Part shown: piece after piece, positions 1 to 39,609 of the stretch | Numbering within the stretch: position 1 is the first letter of the stretch | Layout of the letters: each line of letters opens with the position of its first letter | Source: the human T2T-CHM13v2.0 reference genome, Homo sapiens | Assembly: GCF_009914755.1 (NCBI RefSeq) | Contig: NC_060940.1 | DNA length: 64,000 bases | Strand: one strand, 5' to 3' | Notes under the pieces: generated by a model | What the model saw: only the letters and a program-made list of their open reading frames with translations | Told to the model about the DNA's origin: nothing | Database searches by the model: none | Position numbers and translations under genes: made by a program

Positions 1-248
1 GTTGAGGTGGGCGGATCACTTGAGCCCAGGAGTTTGAGGCCAGGCTGGACAACACGGTGAAATCACGTCTCTACCAAAAAAACAAAAAATTAGCCAGGCA
101 TGGTAGTGCATGCCTGTAGTCCCAGCTACTCAGGAGGCTGTGGTGGGAGGATCACTTGAGCCCAGGAGGCAGAGGTTGTAGTGAGCTGAGATTGAACCAC
201 TGCACTCCAGCCTGAGTGACAGCGTGAGACTCTGTCTCAAAAACATTA

Positions 249-585
<337 letters not shown>

Positions 586-589
586 CTAT

Positions 590-1756
<1,167 letters not shown>

Positions 1757-1760
1757 CTAA

Positions 1761-2030
<270 letters not shown>

Positions 2031-2782
2031 TGATCTGCCCACCTCAGCCTCCCAGAGTGCTGGGATTACAGGTGTGAGCCACCATGCCCGGCCAATATTG
2101 TTGTATGAATCTAACATTACTTGTATAGTGGTATAATATTAATTAATGATGGATTATAAGAATCCATTCTGTAATCTCTGTAACTATTACAAATTAATAT
2201 AAAGGGACTTAGCTTACAAGCCAATAGAGCAGAAAATACTTGACCTAAAAGAAGGTGAGCACAGAGAAACTAAGCCTATAGAGCATATTTCTCTTGGGGA
2301 ATGAGAACAATATTAAGAACCTAGCAATTAAGCAAACACAAGCAGTTGTCTGCTTTGCTTAAATGCAGTCCACATTATTTACAAACACAAATTTTTGTCA
2401 AAGTCTAAAATGTTGCTGGGTACAGTGGGTCATGCCTGTAGTCCCAGCACTTTGGGAGGCCAAGGTGGGAGGACTGCTTGAGGCCAGGAATTCAAGCTCA
2501 GCCTGGGTAAGAAAGCGAGATCCTGTCTACCAAAACACCACCACCAAAAAAAAAAAAAAAAAAAAAAAAAGGAAAACGAAATTTGCCAACTCTCTAAAAA
2601 CCAGAGAACATGAGCATTATTAGTCATCCTTAAACAAAATTCAGGAGATTCCACCTTGCTTCTTCTCATGCTACTTAGCAACATTTAGATTAGCTACTGG
2701 TGGGGCAGTATCTCTGAAAGGAGAGGGAATCTGATACGATTAGTGCAGCACAGCCATGAGCCAAATGCAGTCTGATCCTTAC

Positions 2783-3009
2783 CTGCCCTGCTCCAAAAGG
2801 ACAATATCCTTCCACCCCATTTTGGATTGGTGATGGGCCACAGAAGTGCCCGTGATTCCACCTCCACAGACGACCACCTGTGCCTGGGTGGGCAGGGCCA
2901 TGGAACGCGCCTCGGCAGCTGACGCGCTGTTTCTTGCAGAGGACCAGTTCTGCCATCCTGGGCTGGCTCTTTGTCTTCCAACAATCGACAGCAACCGGTA
3001 GAACATCAT
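2783..3009 (-). pseudogene. PDPR2P: PDPR-like first coding exon (mitochondrial transit peptide + FAD-binding GxGxxG motif)
   Basis: ATG at 3009: MMFYRLLSIVGRQRASPGWQNWSSARNSASAAEARSMALPTQAQVVVCGGGITGTSVAHHQSKMGWKDIVLLEQG; donor CAG|GTAAGG at 2783/2782; acceptor tctgtctag| at 3042/3041 (32 nt of UTR). Confidence 0.93.
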
Positions 3010-3306
3010 GTCTCTCACCAACTAGATCTCAGGAACTCAAACTAGACAGAGAAACCAAACATATTTCATGCCATTCAACTCAGTGCATGGGATTAATGAG
3101 AAAGGGATTTGACAAAGAACGATAGCCATTCATTCAGCAAATATTTGAGGGTGGCCGGGCGCGGTGCCTCACACCTGTAATCCCAGCACTCTGGGAGGCC
3201 GAGGCGGGCGGATCACGAGGTCAGGAGATCGAGACCATCCTGGCTAACACAGTGAAACCCCGTCTCTACTAAAAACACAAAAAATTAGGCTGGGCGCAGT
3301 GGCTCA

Positions 3307-9678
<6,372 letters not shown>

Positions 9679-9723
9679 TCACACATCGGCCCCCAAAGGT
9701 CAAACATTAAGAAGGAAGCTTAC

Positions 9724-9835
9724 TGCCCTGTCCCAGACTTTTCTAGGTGACTTCTTCCTCCGGACTCTGCAGCAGTCTTACTAGTTCTGAAAGCACAAGC
9801 GGACCGCACGTCTCAACGCGGGAAAACAGTTCCAT
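9724..9835 (-). other. Candidate 5'UTR exon of PDPR paralog
   Basis: Acceptor cctccatccctgcag| at 9836/9835 and donor GCA|GTAAGC at 9724/9723; an upstream donor cluster CCG|GTGAGGTAAG at ~10222. Predicted from splice signals only. Confidence 0.4.
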
Positions 9836-10890
9836 CTGCAGGGATGGAGGACCGGGCTAGACAAGCTGGAGTTGGCTCTGCGCCGCAGGGGTGTGCAAGC
9901 CCGAGACTGGGGAGCCCGAGGTCACCCCGGCCGCCCTGGCATCGGGGCTGAGGTGCAAGGCTCCTGGAGGAGCGGTGCGCAGGCCCAGGGGTAGCCGAGG
10001 ACACAAGCCAAGGCACGAGCGGACAACCTTACGGGGACGAGTACTAGCGCCTGGACGCGACTTCCCGAGAGGCCAGGCGGAACCCACTGGAAGCGTGAGC
10101 TAGCGGGGACCACCCCCGGGCGAAACCAAAGGAGAAAGAGGGGAACCCAGGGGTCCCGGGGCGCTTAGGCCCGCGCGGACGGGGAGGCCAGAGTTGCCCC
10201 GAAGCTATCTCCTTACCTCACCGGCCCCCACGGGCTCCGCGCTCAGCTACAGCCCGGCGGGAGCAATGCGGCAGCCACTACAGTTGCCGGCGGTCGCCGC
10301 GGGCCGGAAAGCGGGGTTCGGGGATGGGAAGGGGGCGGGGCGAAGCGAGCAAAAAGTTCCGGGGAAGCCGAGACCGCGACCTTCCGCGCTTTACGGCCCC
10401 CGGGCACGGGTACCGCCGGCGCGTGACCTCAGCCGCGCCCGAGCGCGCCGTGACGCCCTCGCGGAGCCCCGCCCCTGCCACGTGGGCTTGTTTGGGTCTC
10501 GCGAGGCACCGCCCCCGCGGCCTCTTTGCCACCCTCAGAGGCGAGCTGTGGAAGCCTTGACTCTTAGGGCCGTTTTAGAACCCGGGCCTCGGACCGGCGG
10601 GGTTTCTGCACGTGGAACCGGAACATCTGAGATGATCGCAGGCCCTGTGGAGTGTGGGGAGCGCGGGGGTTCTTTCTTCCCTCGAGGCCCGTGCCAGGGC
10701 TTACTCCAAAGCCAGTGGGTCCCCAGTCCTAAGCCAAGCAGTCCCGGGGGAAAACGCTTCTCATCGCCGTGGGAGCGCGGATCTTGGAAGTGGCTCTGGG
10801 CTTTCTTGGGCGAGGCTCTCACAGAGTAGATCGGAAATCCATTCTGCTGGCCCGCCCCACCTCGGAGGACGGACTAACGGACCTGAGTTC
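9790..10890. promoter_or_regulatory. CpG-island promoter of the PDPR paralog
   Basis: Dense CpG/GC content; ETS CCGGAA 10304-10309, GC box 10331-10340, E-box CCACGTGG 10478-10485, TCTCGCGAG (BANP/ZBTB33-like) 10497-10505. Confidence 0.85.
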
Positions 10891-12008
10891 CCGGCCCTAT
10901 CTTACTCTTCTCAGCTTCTCAGCTTGGCTCAGCTCAGAGGAAGAGGAATCACTGAAGTCTCAGAGAAGTCTCCACTCATCCCTTCCTCACCGTCACATCA
11001 GCCTTTTCTTTCCTTCTAGAAGTCATCACTGACTCAAGGATATAAGTTTGATGACTGTCTTTTCCACTGGTGTGACACGATCTCTGTCGACAGAACCTTA
11101 GTCTTATGCATAGCTTTATTCTCAGCACCCAGAACAGTGCCTGGCACCTCTTCCACTGAATATTATATGCATAAGGGTCTCATGCTGCAGCCACCATTGC
11201 ATCTTGGGCCACACTATCCAGTTCCCGTTTGTTGGATTCAATACTGTCTCACCACAAAAACCAATCTTGTGTTTTATTAATTAAAAAAATTTTTTTTTTT
11301 TTTTGTAGAGCTAGGCTCACTGTGTTGCCCAGGCTGGGCCTGAACTCCTGGCTTCAAGTGATCCTTCCATCTCAGCCTCCCAAAGTCCTGGGATTACAGG
11401 CGTGAGCCACTGTGCCTGCCCCAATCTTGTGTTTTATTGCTGGCCACCTGTAGCCAGGCACTGTGCAGGATGATGGGATCCAGCAGTGTACAAGAAAGAG
11501 GCGGTTTCTGCTCTTAGGGAGTGGCAGTCAAGTTCCAGGGACCCCTCTGTCACAAGGCCAGGCCACAGCCTACATAGTTTATACCCCATTTACTGGCCAG
11601 TCAAATCACACAAAGACAGCCCAGATGAGGTCTGCCAGACAGTGGACTGAAACTATGCCATAGGCTCCTGTGCTAGATAAATACTTCCATATTTTAGCTA
11701 GGATTGAATGCTTGGGGACACCTACCTGTCTAAAAAAAGAGAAAACGGCTGACCAATTTGAGACATTCTCGGGGAAGGCTTTCCTGATGCCCAGATGTGG
11801 CAATTTCATGAAAAATATCACAGGTTTTCCTCATGAACCATTTGGTTCAAGCCATTTCCAGGCACATGAATTTGGGAGAAACCTGGTTGTCTGCAGGAGA
11901 TGGTGGATGAAATCAAGTGAAATACTTAATGTGTTGATTTCATTCTGTTTACGTGCAGTAAATAGCAAACAAATGGTATAGATCTGTCCCTGATTTCCTT
12001 CTCCATCA

Positions 12009-12321
<313 letters not shown>

Positions 12322-12417
12322 TCAAAAAAAAAAAAAAAAAAAAAAGGAAGGAAGTCCTAAGGCCCCTTTCATTGTCAAAGATGGGTCTTGTCCTTAGTAG
12401 GTTCTCATAACCACTGA

Positions 12418-12686
<269 letters not shown>

Positions 12687-12689
12687 TGA

Positions 12690-13047
<358 letters not shown>

Positions 13048-13374
13048 TAAACAGACGTTTTAATTACGCTTGTCAAGTCCTCTTGTGAAATATTCATCTG
13101 CAGTGACTTGGTAAATGTGTTTGCTACCACACAGGATAAACAGTGTACAGACAAACATTTGACATACCTATGTTACCACAGTGTAAGAATGAATTTGGAT
13201 CTGAGGTCGCTAAGATGCAGGCGTTTATCTTACCTCCCTCCAGCACCGGCATGGCTGTGGGGAAGGCCTCCCTCCTCCCTCTGAAGTTCTTGTCGCCATC
13301 AGTAGACTGGACATCTGCCTACAACCGACTTCACAGAAAGGACCTGACACCTGGCATGCTTCTCGTGTGCTTGA

Positions 13375-13838
<464 letters not shown>

Positions 13839-13952
13839 TGAGTAGCTGGGATTACAGGCGTGTGCCACCACACCCAGCTAAATTTTGTATTTTTAATAGA
13901 GATGGGGTTTCACTATGTTGGCCAGGATGGTCTCGATCTCCTGACCTTGTGA

Positions 13953-14260
<308 letters not shown>

Positions 14261-14734
14261 TGATCTGCCCGCCTCAGCCTCCCAAAGTGCTGGGATTACA
14301 GGCGTGAGCCGCGGCACCCGGCCCAGGAACTTCTCTTATATCTAGAAGCCACCGGATGTTAACTAAGAGTCCTGGGAAGAAATGGTAGTCATTTAAAGCT
14401 TTTTTAAGAGGGAAGACTTGCACTGGGTCTTAATGAAAATACATAGGACAAAATTTTTCCTTCTGTATCAGCTCACGTAATCTTTCTGGCAATCTCATGA
14501 AGTAAATTTTAGCAGATAGAGTAGACACAGATGTAACATGACTTTTCCAAGATCACACACCTAGGAGGAAGGACCAGAAATGGAGCTCTTCCCATGTTGA
14601 ATATCTGAATCTAATGATCTTTGCACTATGCCATAGGACAGGTGGCCAGGAAAGCATCTGAGACTGGGTGATGTAAGGGCTGGATACAGAGACAGAAAAA
14701 AGCAGGCAGTGTAACAGGAAGGAACGCAGCTAGC

Positions 14735-15550
<816 letters not shown>

Positions 15551-16449
15551 AGGCTGTCTGATAGTGCAATTATATAAGAATGGTGAAATCAGGGCCTACG
15601 CCTTCTTAAGGAAATCTTCACTCACTGCAGTCTTGCAAGTCAATGGTCTTATTCTGCTTATCCAACTAATTCTGGAGCAGCTACATCTGGGAACCCCGTA
15701 GGCTCACGTCTACAACAGTGTCTTCATCCTGTCTTCTCAATCAGCCCCTTCTATTTCCAGTTCCAGGAATGGCCAACCACACCAGAAACCTGGGACTCAC
15801 CTGGTCTCCCCACTCGCCTCTCCCTCCACCTCCTGCTCATCACCCAGCCTCAAAGGGTCTGTCTCCTCAGTGCCTCTCCTCTGTTCGGACCTCTCTGTCC
15901 CTACCACCGCTGCTGTGGTTGAGAGGGTTGTCAGCCCTGACTTCGAGAACAATCTTTTTTTTTTTTTGAGATGGAGCCTCAGTCTGTCACCCAGGCTGGA
16001 GTGCAGTGGTGCGATCTTGGCTCACTGCAACCTCCGCCTCCCGGGTTGAAGTGATTCTCCTGCCTTAGCCTCCTGAGTAGCTGGGATTACAGGCATGCAC
16101 CACCATGCCCCGCTAATTTTTGTATGTTTAGTAGAGACTGGGTTTCACCATATTGGTCAGGCTGGTCTCGAACTCCAAACCTTGTGATCCGCCCGCCTCT
16201 GAGATCAGAACTGAGATCACGCCACTGCATTCCAACCTGGGCAACAAGAGCTAACTCTGTCTCAAAAAAAAAAAAAAAGTTTTTAAAGACAGGGTCTCGC
16301 TATGTTGCCCATGCTGGTCTTGAATTCCTGGGGTCAAGTGATGCTTCTGCTTTAGCCTCCCAAGGAGCTGGAATCATGGGTGCCCACCACCATGCTCGGC
16401 TACTATTTTCTTCAAAATTCAAATATTCTAGCTTAACAGTACATATTAG

Positions 16450-16683
<234 letters not shown>

Positions 16684-17643
16684 TAGTTTTAGTAGAGACG
16701 GGGTTTCACCGTGTTAGCCAGGATGGTCTCGATCTCCTGACCTCGTGATCCACCCGCCTCGGCCTCCCAAAGTGCTGGGATTACAGGCTTGAGCCGCGGC
16801 ACCCGGCCCAGGAACTTCTCTTATATCTAGAAGCCAGGCTTGGTGACTCTACTTGCTCACCAGATGATCCTACACCTGCCACCTCCGATGGATCCACTGC
16901 CTCTGTGCCTGCCTGTACTGCTGATGCTCCAGTGGATAACTCAGCATCCCAGCCTAGGCCCAATGCCACTGAAGATGGACCTGCCCCCTGGAGACCCAGG
17001 AGTTCTACCACTCAGCTGTCCCCAGAAGTGCCCAGACCCTCATTCTTATCCAGGACCTAGGAGCCCTACCCCCTGGCCTTCCGTCATCAGCCGTAAATGA
17101 TGATTTACTGCTGTTACCATCATCACTGCATTTAGTGACCAAGGGCCTTCCAAGGTGCCAGCTCTGGAACGAAGGATGCCTTTGGGAGGTGATGACACTC
17201 AGGTACACGGGTGCTCAACAGATTGCTTCCTCCTATCCTCAGATGGTCTTTGCATGCATGCAGCCATTGGCACTCCCATTGTACGCAAGGAAACCAGCCC
17301 AGGGTCACACAGCTGGTCAGCAGCAACACAGCTGGTCTCAAATCTAAGGTGCCTGGCCATGCCTCCATGAGGGACCGCCTGCAAGGGAGGTTGATCCTGG
17401 CTTTGGGGAGCCTTTCCTGGGCTGCACGAGTAACCTCCAATGTTTGAGGCCCCAAACTCTGCTCACATCTTCCTTTCCCTGTCTCTGCTTGGGCTATGAT
17501 CACGGTGACTCTAGCAACCCTTCATGGACATTATAGTACTCTCTGCCATTCACTTTTGGTCTAATCTGACTTCAACCCCCACTTACTTGGTCTCTCCTTT
17601 TACAACCAACACAACCGAAATCCGAGGGCTTCTTTTTTTTTGA

Positions 17644-17907
<264 letters not shown>

Positions 17908-18011
17908 TGAGCCACCATGCCCAGCCAAATCTAGGGCTGGAACATGGCTGCAGCATATAAATAGAATTGAATTCCATAGTTTTGTTAACCCTGTTTTTTG
18001 TTTGTTTGTAG

Positions 18012-18170
<159 letters not shown>

Positions 18171-18959
18171 TAATTTTTGTATTTTATTAGAGACAGGGTT
18201 TCACCATATTGGCCAGGCTGGTCTGGAACTCCTGACCTTGTGATCCACCCACCTCGGCCTCCCAAAGTGCTGGGATTACAGGCGTGAGCCACCACACCCA
18301 GCCCCTGTTTTGTTTTTGTTTTGCTTGTTTCTTAGGGTTGTTTTTCTATTTATGGTAAAGGCATTGGCTTTCCATTTGTAGCATCAATAGAATATTTCCT
18401 GTTTACAATAACCTTATGTCATAGTAAATGGTAAAGGGATTTAAAGCAGTGGTTTTCAGCTGCCAGAGGCCTGAGTGAGTTTGGGCACACTCTGTGTGAT
18501 CGGGCAGAAGGCCTGTGGGAAGTTCAGCTGAGGACAGGGCCAGGAAAGGTGATGGACAGTGGGGGTCTGTCCTGGTCACCAGACCCCTGGGTCCTGCCCA
18601 CCTGCTTGGAGCTCCCCACCCATCACACATGATGCTGCCAAGCCCTCTGGGTATTGTGGGCAAATACCTTAGGAGAGAAGCTGATGAACTTTGTTTCTTG
18701 AAATGCACAGATTCCTTGGACGTCCCTGAGAGGTCAATGATGAAGGTCAACTTGGTTTTCTCCCCCTCATTTGGGTTCAGAATTTAAAGTCCACACACAC
18801 AGGCAGTAAGATGATTATAGATAAGGACATCATCACTCGGTTTCAGATGTTAAAATGTCTAGGTGGGTTAGGGGTGATTTGAGATCACACAACCTTGTGC
18901 CACAAAGAGGAATTCCCAGGCCAGGGGGAGACATTTTATTGCCATGTTATGATCTCATC

Positions 18960-19225
18960 ATTGAGTTGAAAGGCAATCTTGTTTCATTTTGGATTCTTTC
19001 TTATGTTTATGTCTTATAAGGGCACTTTGAATTTCCAAGCAAATAATAATTTTGAATTAGCTTTTAATCATTGACTTCTAGCACAGTTATATGATCAGAA
19101 ACATGCTGTGTGATTTGATTGCTCTCAAATATATTGAGATTTGCTGGAACAAAATAAGTCAGGTTAATTTTTGTAAATGTACCATGCATGCTTAAAATGA
19201 ATGTATCTACATTTGTTCCTGAGAT
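18960..19225 (-). mobile_element. Old L1 ORF2 (endonuclease region) fragment
   Basis: Translation ILSMHGTFTKIN...VSDHITVLEVN resembles L1 FSSAHGTFSKID...SDHN. Confidence 0.7.
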
Positions 19226-19298
19226 ACAGGTTGATGGACGGATGGCTACATGGATGTGATGGAGATGGTTTACTATCGGGACCTTCCGCATCCTGCTG

Positions 19299-19361
19299 AT
19301 GTTTTGTTGCTTAGGATATGAATGGCTGAGCGGAGGCTGTAAAACCTGGCACTCTGCTTGG
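19299..19361 (+). CDS. NPIPB15: Alternative NPIP first coding exon (NPIPA-type start [21 protein letters not shown])
   Basis: ATG at 19299, 63 nt, donor TGG|GTATGA; phase 0, compatible with exon 2 at 23681; peptide recalled as the NPIPA1 N-terminus. Confidence 0.6.
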
Positions 19362-19859
19362 GTATGAGGTTCTTCCTGCCATCCTGCCATCATTTGTTTT
19401 TTATGTTTTGTCGCCAAAAGTGACCTTGAGGAACCCTGGGAGCTCAGGAAGGAAGGAGAGCCCAGAAGCAGGGACAGGGAGCTGGTTGGGGAGGACCAGA
19501 AATCAGGTTTGTGAAGGTTCCAGAGAGGACCTGTCCTTGCGAGGAGTGTGGGAGACTGAGATGGGGGAGGGGTCATTGGAATGATGCGGGCGCTACTTGG
19601 CATTGTCCATTGTGAGGCACCACCGGGGTCATCAGGGATTGGTGGAGAGGGAGTATAAAGCCCCAGGGTTGCTAAGGGAGGGCCCAGACCGAAGAAGGTT
19701 TGGTGGATAGCAGAACCTTTTTGTCTCCCTCTAATTGCTCCTAAGCCTCACGCTCCCTTGCCCCACGTGTCCTGTTGCTTCCCTGATCTTCTCCGTGACC
19801 TGTAGCTAAACCTTCCACCAGCGCTTGAGAACTTAATTTGAACCGGATCCTTTCCCAGA

Positions 19860-20100
19860 CCCCTTTCTTCTCCTCCTCCTCCTCCTCCACCTCCTCCAGG
19901 TGCCCAACAGCCCCCTTCTCCTCCTTTCCCTTCCCTTACTTCCCCCCTTCCCCTCCCCTCCCCCTCCCCCTCCCCTCCCCCTCCCCTCCCCCTCCCCTCC
20001 CCCTCCCCTCCCCCTCCCCTCCCCCTCCCCAACTTAGATCCGGCCCCGGTCCCCGTCCCCTTCCCTCCCCCCTGCCCTAAGCCACCTCCACCTCTGTCCT
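19860..20100. repeat. Polypyrimidine/(CCCCT)n tract upstream of NPIP exon 1 (G4/H-DNA prone)
   Basis: Runs of cctcctcct and cccctcccctccc; G-runs on the minus strand. Confidence 0.85.
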
Positions 20101-20133
20101 GGCCGCCTCAGGGCGCCCTGAAAGGACCAGGAC

Positions 20134-34225
<14,092 letters not shown>

Positions 34226-34230
34226 CGAAG

Positions 34231-34260
34231 AATAAATAAATAATATAAAAATAAAATAAA
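34231..34260 (+). terminator. NPIPB polyadenylation signals
   Basis: Overlapping AATAAA hexamers starting 6 nt after the stop codon. Confidence 0.75.
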
Positions 34261-34380
34261 TACTGCAGTCCTTATGTTATTGCTTTGTTTCAATATCTGG
34301 TATGATTGCCTGAGGGACCTGAGGTTTTTAATTAATTGTAGGGGTTTTTTTTAATCTTTAGAAGTGGTTGGTTATGTAAA

Positions 34381-37942
<3,562 letters not shown>

Positions 37943-38050
37943 CACGTTACTGAATATTTCTGTGCCTTGGTTTCTTCATCTGTGAAATGGGATTGTTGTG
38001 AGAACACAACGGGATTCCCAGGGCAGTTCCTAGTGCATAGTCTGGCTGCC

Positions 38051-38052
<2 letters not shown>

Positions 38053-38097
<45 letters not shown>
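38053..38097. repeat. (TG)n microsatellite (another at 27148-27179)
   Basis: Perfect dinucleotide run. Confidence 0.95.
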
Positions 38098-38099
<2 letters not shown>

Positions 38100-38122
38100 A
38101 ATATAGAGACACTCTATCACCC

Positions 38123-38830
38123 TCCTGTCTCCACCACATCTCAGATGGGAAGGGAGAGTGTCCTGGATTAGCCGCAGGCCAAGCATGGGTCATCCCTTCA
38201 TCTGCATAGGGCGCCAGTTCACATTAGCCTTTTATGAGCCACAGACCAAATCCTTCATCCAGATAAGGGGTAGCCAATAGAACCTCAAAAGCAGTACTTA
38301 AAACCCAGGAGGCTGGGTGCCATGGCTCGTGCCTGTAATCCCAGCACTTTGGGAGGCCGAGGTGGGCCGATTAACGAGGTCAGGAGTTCAAGACCAGCCT
38401 GTCCAACATGGTGAAACCCCATCTCTACAAAAAATATGAAAATTAGCCGGGCATGGTGGGTGCTTACCTGTAATCCCAGCTACTTGGGAGGCTGAGGCCA
38501 GAGAATCACTTGAACTCAGGAGGCGGAGATTGCAGTGAGCCAAGATCATGCCACTGCGCTCCAGCCTGGGTAAGAGACTTCTCAAAAATAATAATAATAA
38601 AAAAAATAAAATACAAAAACTAACAAAACACCTAGGAAACTTTGTAACCAGGCTCTTGAGCCGCTTGCTTAGGCCCACTCCCGCCCTGCAGAGTGCTTTA
38701 TCTGTTTCATAAATTCCTGCTTTCACTGCTTCCTTCCCATGTCTCATTGCTATGCTACTTTGTGGATTTTGTTCAATTCTTTGTTCAAAATGCCAAGGAC
38801 CTGGACGGCTCACACTCACAGCCCTGCTTC
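38123..38830 (+). mobile_element. ERV1 (MER4-group-like) LTR, apparently 5'-truncated, interrupted by Alu 38311-38625
   Basis: CCAAT, TATA-like tacttaaaa, U5-type end ttgttcaattctttgttcaaaatgccaaggacctggac. Confidence 0.65.
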
Positions 38831-39300
38831 CCGGAACAGGCCTGGCTGAGTTCCAGCTGTGCAGTGAAGCCCAACTGTGGGAGGCGGGTGACCCTGGACT
38901 CCCTCTCATGATCTGGACAGAGATGGGGTCTGGGGGTACACCTGGTCTCAGACCAGCCCCAGATTCTTTTGTGACCTGAAGGCAGCTGGCTGGTCATTGG
39001 AACTGGCAGAGTCCCTCCAACGATTGGGGAGGGAGCCTCTGAAGCAATCTTTAGAGTGACATCTGGGACACAGTGAGGAACCCCCTGGCTGCTGAACGAG
39101 GGGTGTCTGTGAGCCAGGACCACTGGGCACCAAGGGCCTGAATCCAGGCTCCTCTGCCCCAGGACTCGTGGTATGCTGTGACTGCAGGGACAGGCAGGAC
39201 CCCATCCCCTTCTCCCCAAATGCAGTCACACCCAGACGGGCCCACTTGCAAGGGTCCTGCGCTTCATTTATGCTCTGCTGTCCTCATCTTGAAATTTTTA

Positions 39301-39609
<309 letters not shown>

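Noticed and set aside
10194-10829. 211-aa ORF in the CpG island (and overlapping ORFs at 48925-50163)
   Set aside because: Stop-poor GC-rich DNA gives long ORFs in several frames on both strands; no homology recognised.
19064-19603. 179-aa minus-strand ORF
   Set aside because: Chance frame running into a decayed L1 endonuclease fragment.
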